Origin: a bacterium
Lineage (GTDB): Bacteria; Desulfobacterota; S145-22
Reading direction: 5' to 3'
NCBI GenBank assembly: GCA_027004185.1
Contig: JALTIG010000272.1
Coordinates: 1-46,499, forward strand
Length of the DNA: 46,499 bases
Part shown: positions 28,977 through 37,514 of the stretch, piece after piece
Position numbering within the stretch: position 1 is the first letter of the stretch
Layout of the letters: each line of letters opens with the position of its first letter
Program-made: the position numbers and the translations under genes
The notes under the pieces: generated by a model
Databases searched by the model: none
What the model was told of the DNA's origin: nothing
Seen by the model: only the letters and a program-made list of their open reading frames with translations

Positions 28977-29306
28977 ATGAAAGAGGGGATTTTGCTTTAT
29001 CTTACACAGAAGAAGACATGCACAGATGAGCAGTTGGGGAGGTTTATCGACCTAAATGGCCTTGCTGGGGTTCCCCTGGTTGTGACAGGGGGAGCAGAAG
29101 GCACCATAAGTTTTTACGATGCCTACAAGATGCTGGGAGAAAAGGGTGTAGATATTGTTGAATGTTTCTCAGCCAGGATTAACGATGAAGGTGAGCTTGA
29201 ACTGTTGGCTTCCAACATCACTCTTCCGGTTGGGATTGACCTCCTGAAATTTTGTAGGCCCGAAGAATTGGGGCTTTCTGATGAGGTTACGCAGAATAAT
29301 ACCTGA
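28977..29306 (+). CDS. hypothetical protein (109 aa)
   Basis: ORF with GGGAAGGGG upstream and a TTGACA-containing upstream region. No recognisable motif. Coding status rests on ORF length and position only. Confidence 0.4.
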   Translation: MKEGILLYLTQKKTCTDEQLGRFIDLNGLAGVPLVVTGGAEGTISFYDAYKMLGEKGVDIVECFSARINDEGELELLASNITLPVGIDLLKFCRPEELGLSDEVTQNNT

Positions 29307-29321
29307 TCATCCTTTTTATGG

Positions 29322-29350
29322 TTGACATTGCCATGCATTTGATGTATGTG
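29322..29350 (+). promoter_or_regulatory. candidate sigma-70 promoter of rplM-rpsI
   Basis: TTGACA (29322-29327), 17 nt, TATGTG (29345-29350), about 30 nt before the rplM start. Confidence 0.4.
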
Positions 29351-29379
29351 GAGCTTCCGATAGAAAGGAAGGATGGGAC

Positions 29380-29826
29380 GTGATGAAGAAAACGACAATA
29401 TTGAAGCCTGCTGATGTCAAAAGAAGGTGGGTTCTCGTCGACGCAGAAGGGAAAATCCTCGGAAAGATGGCTAGTGAAATAGCGGCAATCCTTCGGGGGA
29501 AGACAAAGCCAACCTATTCTCCCCATATGGACGTGGGCGATTTCGTGGTAGTGATAAACGCGGAGAAGGTTGAAATGACGGGACGCAAATGGACGCAAAA
29601 GATGTACTATTATCACACAGGCTACCCCGGAGGCATTAAGGGGATCCCGGCTGAAAAGCTGCGCCAGAAACATTCGGAGGACATTATTCGCAGAGCGGTG
29701 TGGGGAATGCTTCCCAAGAACAGGTTGGGGAGAAAATTGATTAAAAAGTTAAAGGTTTATGCGGGGCCGGAACACCCTCATGCGGCACAACAGCCTGAGC
29801 CCCTACGATCGGAGATAGGAGCGTAA
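29380..29826 (+). CDS. rplM: 50S ribosomal protein L13
   Basis: [31 protein letters not shown] is the L13 N-terminus. GTG at 29380 or ATG at 29383 could be the start. AGGAAGGA RBS. Confidence 0.93.
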   Translation: MMKKTTILKPADVKRRWVLVDAEGKILGKMASEIAAILRGKTKPTYSPHMDVGDFVVVINAEKVEMTGRKWTQKMYYYHTGYPGGIKGIPAEKLRQKHSEDIIRRAVWGMLPKNRLGRKLIKKLKVYAGPEHPHAAQQPEPLRSEIGA

Positions 29827-29829
29827 AAT

Positions 29830-30219
29830 ATGGTGAAACGTTACTACGCAACAGGAAGGCGTAAGGCCTCAGTGGCACGTGTATGGATGCAGGAAGGGAC
29901 CGGTATGATCATCATCAATAAGCGTCCAGCGGATGAGTATTTTGGTACAGAGTCAGGACGCTCGGTGATTCAGCAGCCGTTTGAGATTACCGGAACTGTA
30001 GGCAAATTTGATGTCATGGTGAATGTTCAGGGTGGTGGAATTACAGGACAGGCCGGGGCAATTCGACATGGCATTACCCGAGCCTTGATGGTTTATGATA
30101 GGACCTTGCGCCAGCCCTTGAAAAAGGCGGGTTTTGTTCGGCGGGACCCCAGGGTGAAGGAACGAAAGAAATACGGTCAGCGAGGTGCACGGGCCAGGTT
30201 CCAGTTTTCAAAACGTTAA
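29830..30219 (+). CDS. rpsI: 30S ribosomal protein S9
   Basis: 129 aa. YYATGRRK near the N-terminus and the C-terminus [16 protein letters not shown], typical of S9. Confidence 0.93.
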   Translation: MVKRYYATGRRKASVARVWMQEGTGMIIINKRPADEYFGTESGRSVIQQPFEITGTVGKFDVMVNVQGGGITGQAGAIRHGITRALMVYDRTLRQPLKKAGFVRRDPRVKERKKYGQRGARARFQFSKR

Positions 30220-30229
30220 AGGGATGCCA

Positions 30230-30256
30230 GGGGGGGCCATCTGGCCCCCTTTTTTA
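30230..30256 (+). terminator. Rho-independent terminator after rpsI
   Basis: GGGGGCCA..TGGCCCCC GC-rich hairpin followed by T6. Confidence 0.8.
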
Positions 30257-30308
30257 TCCGTTTGTCGCTCTAAGAGTTTTAGAAGGTTTTTCTCTATGTG
30301 AGGGAATC

Positions 30309-31346
30309 ATGGTTAGAACAGGAGTCGTAGGAGGTTCCGGGTATACAGGCGGGCAACTTATTACCCTCCTTTTAAGTCATCCGCACGTGTCGTTGATGTG
30401 GGTAACGTCACGTAAATTTGAGGGACAACCTGTCAATGAAACCTTTGGATTCCTGCGCCATCTTACGGATTTGATGTTTGTCCGTTTTGTTCCGGATCTT
30501 CTGAGTGACGTGGATATCGTTTTTACCGCAGTGCCTCACGGTCAGGCGATGGAAATTGTGTCAAGCGTCGTCAGGATGGACAGGCGCGTCGTCGATCTGA
30601 GCGCTGATTTCAGGTTTAGGGATGTTCGGCTGTATGAACGGGTTTACCAGAAACACTTGGCTCCCGCCCTAGCCCGGGAGGCTGTATATGGCTTACCCGA
30701 ACTTTTCTATGACGCGATACGATCTGCCCGTGTGGTGGGAAACCCTGGGTGTTATCCGACTTCGGCAATACTGGCGGCGGCCCCTATGGTGATACACAAC
30801 CTTCATGATCCTGAGGTCCCAGTGATTATCGATTCAAAATCAGGGGTCAGTGGAGCTGGTAGGGGGCTGTCCCTGACCACCCATTTTTGCGAGGTGGATG
30901 AGGGACTTATGCCCTACAAGGTTTTATCTCACCGTCACCAACCTGAGATTGCCTCAGTTCTCCGATCAACCGCGGAAGCATTAGGTTCTGTATATTTTAC
31001 CCCACATCTCATTCCCATGAGTCGGGGGATTCTTAGCACCGTCTATCTCCCTCTGAAGAAAAGGATGAATAGAGATGAGGTCCAAGACATTTATGGTGCA
31101 TTTTATGAAGGGAAGCCCTTTATCAGGGTCCTTCCGGATGGGGTGTACCCCTCGACCCATCATGTCCGTGGAAGCAATTACTGTGACATTGGGTTAGCCC
31201 TTTCCCCCGATGGCCGCCTCCTTGTGGCTATGGCAGCTATCGATAACCTCGTTAAGGGTGCCTCTGGGCAGGCGGTTCAGAATATGAATATCATGATGGG
31301 GCTGGATCAGACCCTTGGATTGGGTGTACATCCTCTCTTTCCGTAG
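30309..31346 (+). CDS. argC: N-acetyl-gamma-glutamyl-phosphate reductase
   Basis: 345 aa. N-terminal VGGSGYTGG, the catalytic Cys context GNPGCYPTS, and the C-terminus DNLVKGASGQAVQNMN. Confidence 0.9.
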   Translation: MVRTGVVGGSGYTGGQLITLLLSHPHVSLMWVTSRKFEGQPVNETFGFLRHLTDLMFVRFVPDLLSDVDIVFTAVPHGQAMEIVSSVVRMDRRVVDLSADFRFRDVRLYERVYQKHLAPALAREAVYGLPELFYDAIRSARVVGNPGCYPTSAILAAAPMVIHNLHDPEVPVIIDSKSGVSGAGRGLSLTTHFCEVDEGLMPYKVLSHRHQPEIASVLRSTAEALGSVYFTPHLIPMSRGILSTVYLPLKKRMNRDEVQDIYGAFYEGKPFIRVLPDGVYPSTHHVRGSNYCDIGLALSPDGRLLVAMAAIDNLVKGASGQAVQNMNIMMGLDQTLGLGVHPLFP

Positions 31347-31362
31347 CATGGGACAAGATCCC

Positions 31363-31390
31363 TTGTGATTTTGTTCCCTGACGGTATAAT
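31363..31390 (+). promoter_or_regulatory. candidate sigma-70 promoter immediately upstream of mutS
   Basis: TTGTGA (31363-31368), 16 nt, TATAAT (31385-31390). Confidence 0.45.
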
Positions 31391-31396
31391 ACATTT

Positions 31397-34042
31397 GTGA
31401 GCGGGAAACAGAAAGGGGTCAGACAGACCCCCATGGTGCGGCAGTATCTTCAGATCAAGTCCCAGGTTCCGGACACGATCCTCTTTTTCAGGATGGGTGA
31501 TTTTTATGAGATGTTTTTCGAAGATGCCCTGGTCGCTTCTAAGGTCCTTGATATTGCATTAACTTCGAGGGATAAGAACAAGGAAGGGGGTGTCCCCTTG
31601 TGTGGGATCCCGTACCATGCCTGCGATCAATACCTTGCGAAGCTTATCCGTGAGAATTACCGGGTTGCCATTTGCGAGCAGGTGGAGGATCCCAAAACAA
31701 CCAGGGCTATCGTCAAGCGGGAGATCGTTCGGATTGTAACCCCTGGGTTGCCCGTCGGTCTGGAATCTATCCTTGAAGCCGATAATATCTTCATTGCTTC
31801 CCTCTATCCGATCAATGGAATTATGGGTTTGGCCTTTCTCGATATCCTGACAGGAGACCTGAAACTTTTTTCTGACAGGAGCGAGGAGCTTGTATTGGAT
31901 CATCTACAGGTTCACCAACCGAGGGAGATTCTTGTTTCCCGCCAACTTCTCATGAATGGGTGGCCCTGGGCGGGAAAACTGAAGAAGATGGCACTGGTAA
32001 CCCCCTTCGATTTGACCGATATTCAGGACTTTGAGCGTTTGGATGACCTCTTCAAAGCGGTGACACGACCGGGTGGGGAGACACCAAAAGCCCTGTCTGA
32101 AGTGGAGTGTGGGACCCTCAGGTTTCTCCTCGCCTACCTTGTTTGGACGAAAAATGATCACATTGAGCATGTTAAGAGTCTTCAAGTGACCCTTCGCCGT
32201 CCCTATCTAAGGATTGATGATTTTACCCGTCGCAACTTGGAGATCTTTGAACCTTTGAATGGTAAATCGAAACGAGCTACTCTCCTGTCCGTTTTTGATG
32301 AGACCTGTACCCCCATGGGAAAGCGGCTCATGCGGGAGTGGTTACGATACCCACTCCAGGAAGTGGAGGAGATCAACCGCCGTCTTGATGCTGTCGAGGT
32401 GTTGCGGAGCCGGGGGGGGCAGCGCGGACGCCTCCGAGGTATCCTCGGAAAGATGTCGGATCTGGAACGGTTGGTTGGCCGAGTAACGTCCGAGCGTGCC
32501 AACGCGCGTGACCTCGTCCAGCTTAAGGATTCCCTGGCGTTTCTTCCCACCCTACATGAGGCACTCAAGGTGTTTGATGTGCCCCTTATCAGGGAAATCC
32601 GTGACAGGCTTGATCCCATGGATGAGTTGGTTGACCGTCTTTCGACTACACTTGTGGATGCGCCACCTATCAGTATTCTGGAAGGAGGGATGATTCGAAA
32701 GGGTGTGTCAGACGAGTTGGATGAGCTCTGGAAGATTCGAGCCTCAGGGAAAAACTGGATGATTAAGCTCGAGGCTCAGGAGCAGAAGAGAACGGGGATC
32801 AGCTCCTTGAAGATTCGTTATAACCGGGTATTCGGGTATTACATCGAGGTAACAAAATCAAATCTCCACCTTGTGCCGGAGGATTACCAACGGAGGCAGA
32901 CCTTGGTTAATGCGGAAAGGTTTATTACCCCCCAGTTGAAGGAGATGGAGGAAAAGGTCCTTTCCGCGGAGGAACGGATTCAAAAGCTGGAATATTCCCT
33001 ATTTGTGTCGCTCCGGGAGGAGGTCAAGGGACACACAGAGAAGATTCAGGAGATTGCTGCATCCCTCGCGGTTCTGGATGTCCTCCTCTCCCTTGGAGAG
33101 ATTGCTCAGCGATACCGGTACTCCCGGCCGATTGTAATGAAAGACAGTCGTTTATGGATTAAACAGGGTCGGCATCCCGTGGTGGAACAGATTAACCTTC
33201 AGGAATCCTTCGTCCCTAACGATACCGAGCTGGACAGTGAACAGAACCAGATCATGCTAATTACGGGACCCAATATGGCAGGAAAGTCGACCTACATCCG
33301 GCAGGTAGCACTGATTGCCCTGATGGCCCATGTGGGCTCTTTCGTACCGGCGGAGGAGGTGCACATGGGGATCATCGATCAAATATTTACCAGGGTAGGG
33401 GCCTCAGACAACCTTGCCATGGGCCTCTCTACCTTCATGGTGGAAATGCAGGAGACTGCCACGATCCTGGCTAATTCAACTGTGAAGAGCCTGATTGTGC
33501 TGGACGAGATCGGGCGGGGAACGAGCACATTTGATGGTTTGAGTATCGCCTGGGCCATCGTGGAATATCTCCATGACCGGTACAAGGAGGGGGGGACAAA
33601 AACCCTTTTTGCCACCCATTACCATGAGCTGACCGATCTCGCCCGGTTGAAACCTCGGGTCCACAACTGGAACGTGGCTGTAAAGGAGTGGAACGATGAG
33701 ATTATTTTTTTGCGGAGATTGGCCAGAGGAGGCATGAACCGAAGCTACGGGATCCAGGTGGCACGGCTCGCCGGACTGCCTCAGAGTGTGATTAAGCGGG
33801 CGAAAGAGATCCTGTTCAACCTGGAAAAGGGTGAGTTGACGGTTTCCGGTGTTCCCACGATTTCAGTTTCTTCACACGAGGAGCGGCCCAGACCTGCCTT
33901 TGTGCAACGGGAACTTTTTGCTGCTCGGCACTCCCCTGTGGAGGAAGCGATCAGGAAGATATCTATCGATCAAATAACCCCTCTTGAAGCGTTGAATCTC
34001 CTGCATCGGTTCCAGGAGTTGTTGAAGAAAAAAGAGGCTTAG
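31397..34042 (+). CDS. mutS: DNA mismatch repair protein MutS
   Basis: 881 aa. N-terminus ..TPMVRQYLQIKSQ.PDTILFFRMGDFYEMFFEDA, Walker A GPNMAGKST, and DEIGRGTSTFDG. GTG start. Confidence 0.93.
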   Translation: MSGKQKGVRQTPMVRQYLQIKSQVPDTILFFRMGDFYEMFFEDALVASKVLDIALTSRDKNKEGGVPLCGIPYHACDQYLAKLIRENYRVAICEQVEDPKTTRAIVKREIVRIVTPGLPVGLESILEADNIFIASLYPINGIMGLAFLDILTGDLKLFSDRSEELVLDHLQVHQPREILVSRQLLMNGWPWAGKLKKMALVTPFDLTDIQDFERLDDLFKAVTRPGGETPKALSEVECGTLRFLLAYLVWTKNDHIEHVKSLQVTLRRPYLRIDDFTRRNLEIFEPLNGKSKRATLLSVFDETCTPMGKRLMREWLRYPLQEVEEINRRLDAVEVLRSRGGQRGRLRGILGKMSDLERLVGRVTSERANARDLVQLKDSLAFLPTLHEALKVFDVPLIREIRDRLDPMDELVDRLSTTLVDAPPISILEGGMIRKGVSDELDELWKIRASGKNWMIKLEAQEQKRTGISSLKIRYNRVFGYYIEVTKSNLHLVPEDYQRRQTLVNAERFITPQLKEMEEKVLSAEERIQKLEYSLFVSLREEVKGHTEKIQEIAASLAVLDVLLSLGEIAQRYRYSRPIVMKDSRLWIKQGRHPVVEQINLQESFVPNDTELDSEQNQIMLITGPNMAGKSTYIRQVALIALMAHVGSFVPAEEVHMGIIDQIFTRVGASDNLAMGLSTFMVEMQETATILANSTVKSLIVLDEIGRGTSTFDGLSIAWAIVEYLHDRYKEGGTKTLFATHYHELTDLARLKPRVHNWNVAVKEWNDEIIFLRRLARGGMNRSYGIQVARLAGLPQSVIKRAKEILFNLEKGELTVSGVPTISVSSHEERPRPAFVQRELFAARHSPVEEAIRKISIDQITPLEALNLLHRFQELLKKKEA

Positions 34043-34051
34043 GAAAGGGGG

Positions 34052-34813
34052 ATGATCTGGACAGCACCCTTCCTATTTTTGGGTATTTCCTTCCTATTTT
34101 CCATGCTTGGAATGGGAGGTGCCCAGCTTTATATCCCTATCCTTTTCTGGATGGGTCTGGATTTCAAAACAGAGGCTATTCCCCTTGGTATCTTTCTAAG
34201 TCTGGTCAGCAGTCTTTCGGCCACCCTAATCTATCGCCGCAAGGGAATGATAGATTGGCACATTGCAATCCCTTTTGGGATTGCAATGGTTGTGGGAGCT
34301 CCCCTGGGTACATGGGTCAACGTACTGATCTCGACCCGGGCCGTCATTATCGCTTTTTCTCTCCTGACACTCCTTGGTGCCCTGGTGATGCTTTCTGGAT
34401 GGAGCCCGCAACAGAAGGTCGTAACTCCGCTTGGGAAGCTGTTACTTGGAATCTTCGGTGGGGTAGGGTTGGGGTTCGATGCCGGACTTATTGGAAGGGG
34501 TGGTGGGGCTATGGTGGTCCCGCTTCTGGTGCTGTTTGGCATTGGATCCAAAACCGCTGCGGCAACATCCATGTTTGTCGTGATATGCTCCACGTCTGCC
34601 AGTCTTGTGTCTCATATCATCGCAGGAGCCCATCCTGTCTGGGCTCTCTGGGTGACCTGTTCCCTCGCAGTCCTCATCGGTGGGAATCTGGGAGCGAGGA
34701 CTATGAGCGGGAAGATGAGACCGAAGGATGTTCGCGTGGTCTTTGGAATCATCCTCATGATCGTGGCCTTTATCCTGTTAGTTAACGATGTTATACTTGC
34801 AAACTCCTTTTAA
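34052..34813 (+). CDS. TauE/SafE family anion (sulfite-type) exporter permease
   Basis: 253 aa polytopic membrane protein. Two-fold internal repeat with G-rich helices (GMGGAQLYIP / GRGGGAMVVP), typical of TauE/DUF81. Confidence 0.7.
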   Translation: MIWTAPFLFLGISFLFSMLGMGGAQLYIPILFWMGLDFKTEAIPLGIFLSLVSSLSATLIYRRKGMIDWHIAIPFGIAMVVGAPLGTWVNVLISTRAVIIAFSLLTLLGALVMLSGWSPQQKVVTPLGKLLLGIFGGVGLGFDAGLIGRGGGAMVVPLLVLFGIGSKTAAATSMFVVICSTSASLVSHIIAGAHPVWALWVTCSLAVLIGGNLGARTMSGKMRPKDVRVVFGIILMIVAFILLVNDVILANSF

Positions 34814-34821
34814 GGATAAAA

Positions 34822-35739
34822 GTGATGCATACTCATATACATGATCACGGCTTACATGGCGATCACCTGGAGAAGAATATTTTGATCAGTATTGCATTGA
34901 ATGGTGTTATTGTCGTTATGGAAGTGTGGGGAGGGATTGCATCGGGATCCCTTTCTCTCCTTTCAGACGCGATGCACAACATGAGCGATGTGGCGGCCTT
35001 GAGTATTGCCCTTTTCGCCCGGAGGCTTGGGCATAAAGGACCCACGGATGCCTACACCTACGGGATGAAACGTGCAGAAATCATCGCAGCCATGATTAAT
35101 ACAGTAGTCCTTTTGTTAGTGATCTCTTTTATTATTCGGGGAGCAGTCGAGCGGTTTTTTCACCCCCGTGCCATCCATGGTGGGGTGATGCTCGTGGTGG
35201 CTCTCGTAGCTTTTTTCGCAAATCTGTTTTCTGTTTTTCTTTTGAAGGGCTATGCGCAGGATGATCTGAATACTCAGAGTGCTCTTTTACACCTGGCACA
35301 GGATACCGCGTCCTCCGCGGTCATTGTGGGGATTGCTCTAGTTTCCTCTTGGCGTTACGGACCGTACCTGGATGCTACTGCCTCGATCCTAGTGGCCTTA
35401 GCGGTCCTGTTTAGTGCATGGCAAATCCTGAAAGAAAGCTTTAGAATCCTTATGGAAGCCACACCAGCGGACATCGAGATCCGGAAGATCAAGGAGGATT
35501 TGGAGAGGAAGTTTCCTGGGATAGACGTACATCATATCCATGTCTGGGTAGTTGGGGCGGGCCAGAAGGCCCTTACTGCACATGTCATGATGGATGACTG
35601 CACCCTGTCAGAAGGAGAGAAAATTTTAAAGGGGATTGCACATGTCCTTGCGGAGAGATGGGGCCTCGAGCATGTCACACTTCAGCCAGAGGTAGCAGGG
35701 TGTGGTTCAACCCATACGCTTGGCGCAGGGTTTCAATAG
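34822..35739 (+). CDS. cation diffusion facilitator family metal efflux transporter (CzcD/ZitB-like)
   Basis: 305 aa with a His-rich N-terminus (HTHIHDHGLHGDH), the TM2/TM5 metal-site contexts (HNMSD, HLAQD), and a C-terminal cytoplasmic domain. Confidence 0.8.
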   Translation: MMHTHIHDHGLHGDHLEKNILISIALNGVIVVMEVWGGIASGSLSLLSDAMHNMSDVAALSIALFARRLGHKGPTDAYTYGMKRAEIIAAMINTVVLLLVISFIIRGAVERFFHPRAIHGGVMLVVALVAFFANLFSVFLLKGYAQDDLNTQSALLHLAQDTASSAVIVGIALVSSWRYGPYLDATASILVALAVLFSAWQILKESFRILMEATPADIEIRKIKEDLERKFPGIDVHHIHVWVVGAGQKALTAHVMMDDCTLSEGEKILKGIAHVLAERWGLEHVTLQPEVAGCGSTHTLGAGFQ

Positions 35740-36165
35740 TTATGGACGAGAGCATACCTCTAATGAATTGAAAAAATAGACAATCTCTGTTTCTGCGGTT
35801 TCAGGCGCATCAGACCCATGCACGATGTTTTGTTCGATGTTATCTCCATACTGGCGCCGAATGGTTCCCTCTTCGGCTTCTTCTGGGTTCGTGGCCCCCA
35901 TCAATTTCCGATTGAGTTCAATCGCGTTTTCTCCCTTCAGGATCATAACAACGATGGGGCCGGAAGACATAAAGGTGGTTAGGCTGTCATAAAAAGGTTT
36001 CCCCTTGTGGACAGCGTAAAACCCTTCTGCCTCTTTCTTTGTGAGGTGCAGCATCTTCATGGCCACGGGGATCAGACCGTTTTCCTCAAAACGTTTGATA
36101 ACCTCGCCGATAAGGTTCTTTCGAACGCCGTCGGGCTTGATAATGGATAATGTTTTCTCTTCCAT
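35740..36165 (-). CDS. ndk: nucleoside-diphosphate kinase
   Basis: 141 aa. [10 protein letters not shown] and the active-site NIVHGSD. Confidence 0.93.
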   Translation of the reverse strand: MEEKTLSIIKPDGVRKNLIGEVIKRFEENGLIPVAMKMLHLTKKEAEGFYAVHKGKPFYDSLTTFMSSGPIVVMILKGENAIELNRKLMGATNPEEAEEGTIRRQYGDNIEQNIVHGSDAPETAETEIVYFFNSLEVCSRP

Positions 36166-36315
36166 GACAACCTCCCACGTCTTTGAGGTGGCTTTTATCC
36201 TTTACGTGTGGGGATGTCAAGAAGTAAGGGTTTGAGAAGGGTAAAGGTTGGGGTGGTGGCTTGAAAACTCTCCATAAGTATATTATACAGGGGCCGAATC
36301 GGGGAGGTTGAACAG

Positions 36316-37404
36316 TTGAGGCGACCGATATATCCCTTTTCCGCCATCGTAGACCAGGAAGGGATGAAAAAGGCGCTGATCTTAACGGTGATAGACCCAA
36401 CGCTGGGAGGTGTTCTCATCCGAGGGCAACGTGGGACTGCGAAGAGCACTGCGGTCCGGGCATTGGCGCAGCTTTTGCCATCTATTGAGGTGGTCAAAGG
36501 GTGTCCCTTCCACTGCCACCCCTCGGATCCCAGCCTTATGTGTGAGGCCTGTCGCAAGAGGTTCCGGGAAATGGGGACAGCGCTTCCTTCCATAAGCCAG
36601 AAGATGCGTGTTGTGGAACTTCCAATTGGGGCAACGGAAGATCGGGTTATTGGAACGCTGGATATGGAGACTGCACTGCAGACAGGCCAGAGAAGATTTG
36701 AACCTGGAATCCTTGCGGAGGTTCATCGCGGATTTCTCTATGTGGATGAGATTAACCTACTGCCCGATCACCTCGTCGATATCCTTCTTGATGCAGCGGC
36801 CATGGGGGTGAATTATGTGGAGCGCGAGGGGATTTCTTTTTCTCATCCCAGTCGTTTCGTTCTGGTCGGTACCATGAATCCGGAAGAAGGGGAACTGCGT
36901 CCCCAGTTGATGGACCGCTTTGGGCTTTGTGTTGAGGTCAGGGGGATTGAAGACCCCGAGCAACGCCGTGAAGTTGTAATCCGCCGGTTGGCATATGACC
37001 GAGACCCGAAGGGGTTTCTTGAACATTGGCGTTCCCAGGATGAAAGGTTGGGGCTGGCGATTTCAAGGGCTCAACAATCGGTTTCGTCTGTGGAGCTCTC
37101 TTCCGAGGCTCTCAAGCTGATCTCTCAGATCTGTTCTCACCTAAAGATAGATGGACACCGTGGAGATATCACGATGGCCAAGGCCGCCGCAGCCCTGGTG
37201 GCCTACAATGGCCATACACGGGTTCGGGAGCAGGATGTCAGAGAAGCAGCGATCCTCGTGCTTCCTCATCGTATCCGCCGGTCACTGATGGATGATGAAG
37301 TTCCCTTTTCCTTGGAGATGGTAGATCAGGCCATTGAGAAGGCTAAGAGGGAGGGATCCCTGGCTGAGATTCCTTCACCTCCGAAAAAAAAAAGACCTCA
37401 ATAA
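36316..37404 (+). CDS. ChlI/BchI-like AAA+ ATPase (Mg-chelatase I-subunit family)
   Basis: TTG start with GGGGAGG 8 nt upstream. YPFSAIVDQEGMKKAL, P-loop GQRGTAKST (Ala where the GK glycine is expected), Walker B LYVDEINLL, and GTMNPEEGELRPQLMDRFG. A Cys4 insert lies at C63/C67/C76/C79. The ORF ends ...PPKKKRPQ just after an A10 run. Confidence 0.85.
   Translation: MRRPIYPFSAIVDQEGMKKALILTVIDPTLGGVLIRGQRGTAKSTAVRALAQLLPSIEVVKGCPFHCHPSDPSLMCEACRKRFREMGTALPSISQKMRVVELPIGATEDRVIGTLDMETALQTGQRRFEPGILAEVHRGFLYVDEINLLPDHLVDILLDAAAMGVNYVEREGISFSHPSRFVLVGTMNPEEGELRPQLMDRFGLCVEVRGIEDPEQRREVVIRRLAYDRDPKGFLEHWRSQDERLGLAISRAQQSVSSVELSSEALKLISQICSHLKIDGHRGDITMAKAAAALVAYNGHTRVREQDVREAAILVLPHRIRRSLMDDEVPFSLEMVDQAIEKAKREGSLAEIPSPPKKKRPQ
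37384..37393 (+). repeat. A10 homopolymer (A_AAA_AAA slippery context) at the 3' end of the ChlI-like ORF
   Basis: Counted directly: ccg-aaaaaaaaaa-gacc. In the 0 frame it reads AAA AAA AAA AGA. Confidence 0.95.
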
Positions 37405-37514
37405 GTCTACGTGAGAGCAGGGATAGGGTTACCACGCGAGTTTTCCCCATTGGTGAAGCCATCTATAACCTGACATTACCGGAGGCCAAGACCAAAAGAT
37501 CCCTACAGGCTCCG

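Noticed and set aside
36464-36478. TGGCGC-N5-TTGC sigma-54-like motif
   Set aside because: It lies inside the ChlI-like coding sequence with no downstream start codon to serve, so it is most likely a chance match.
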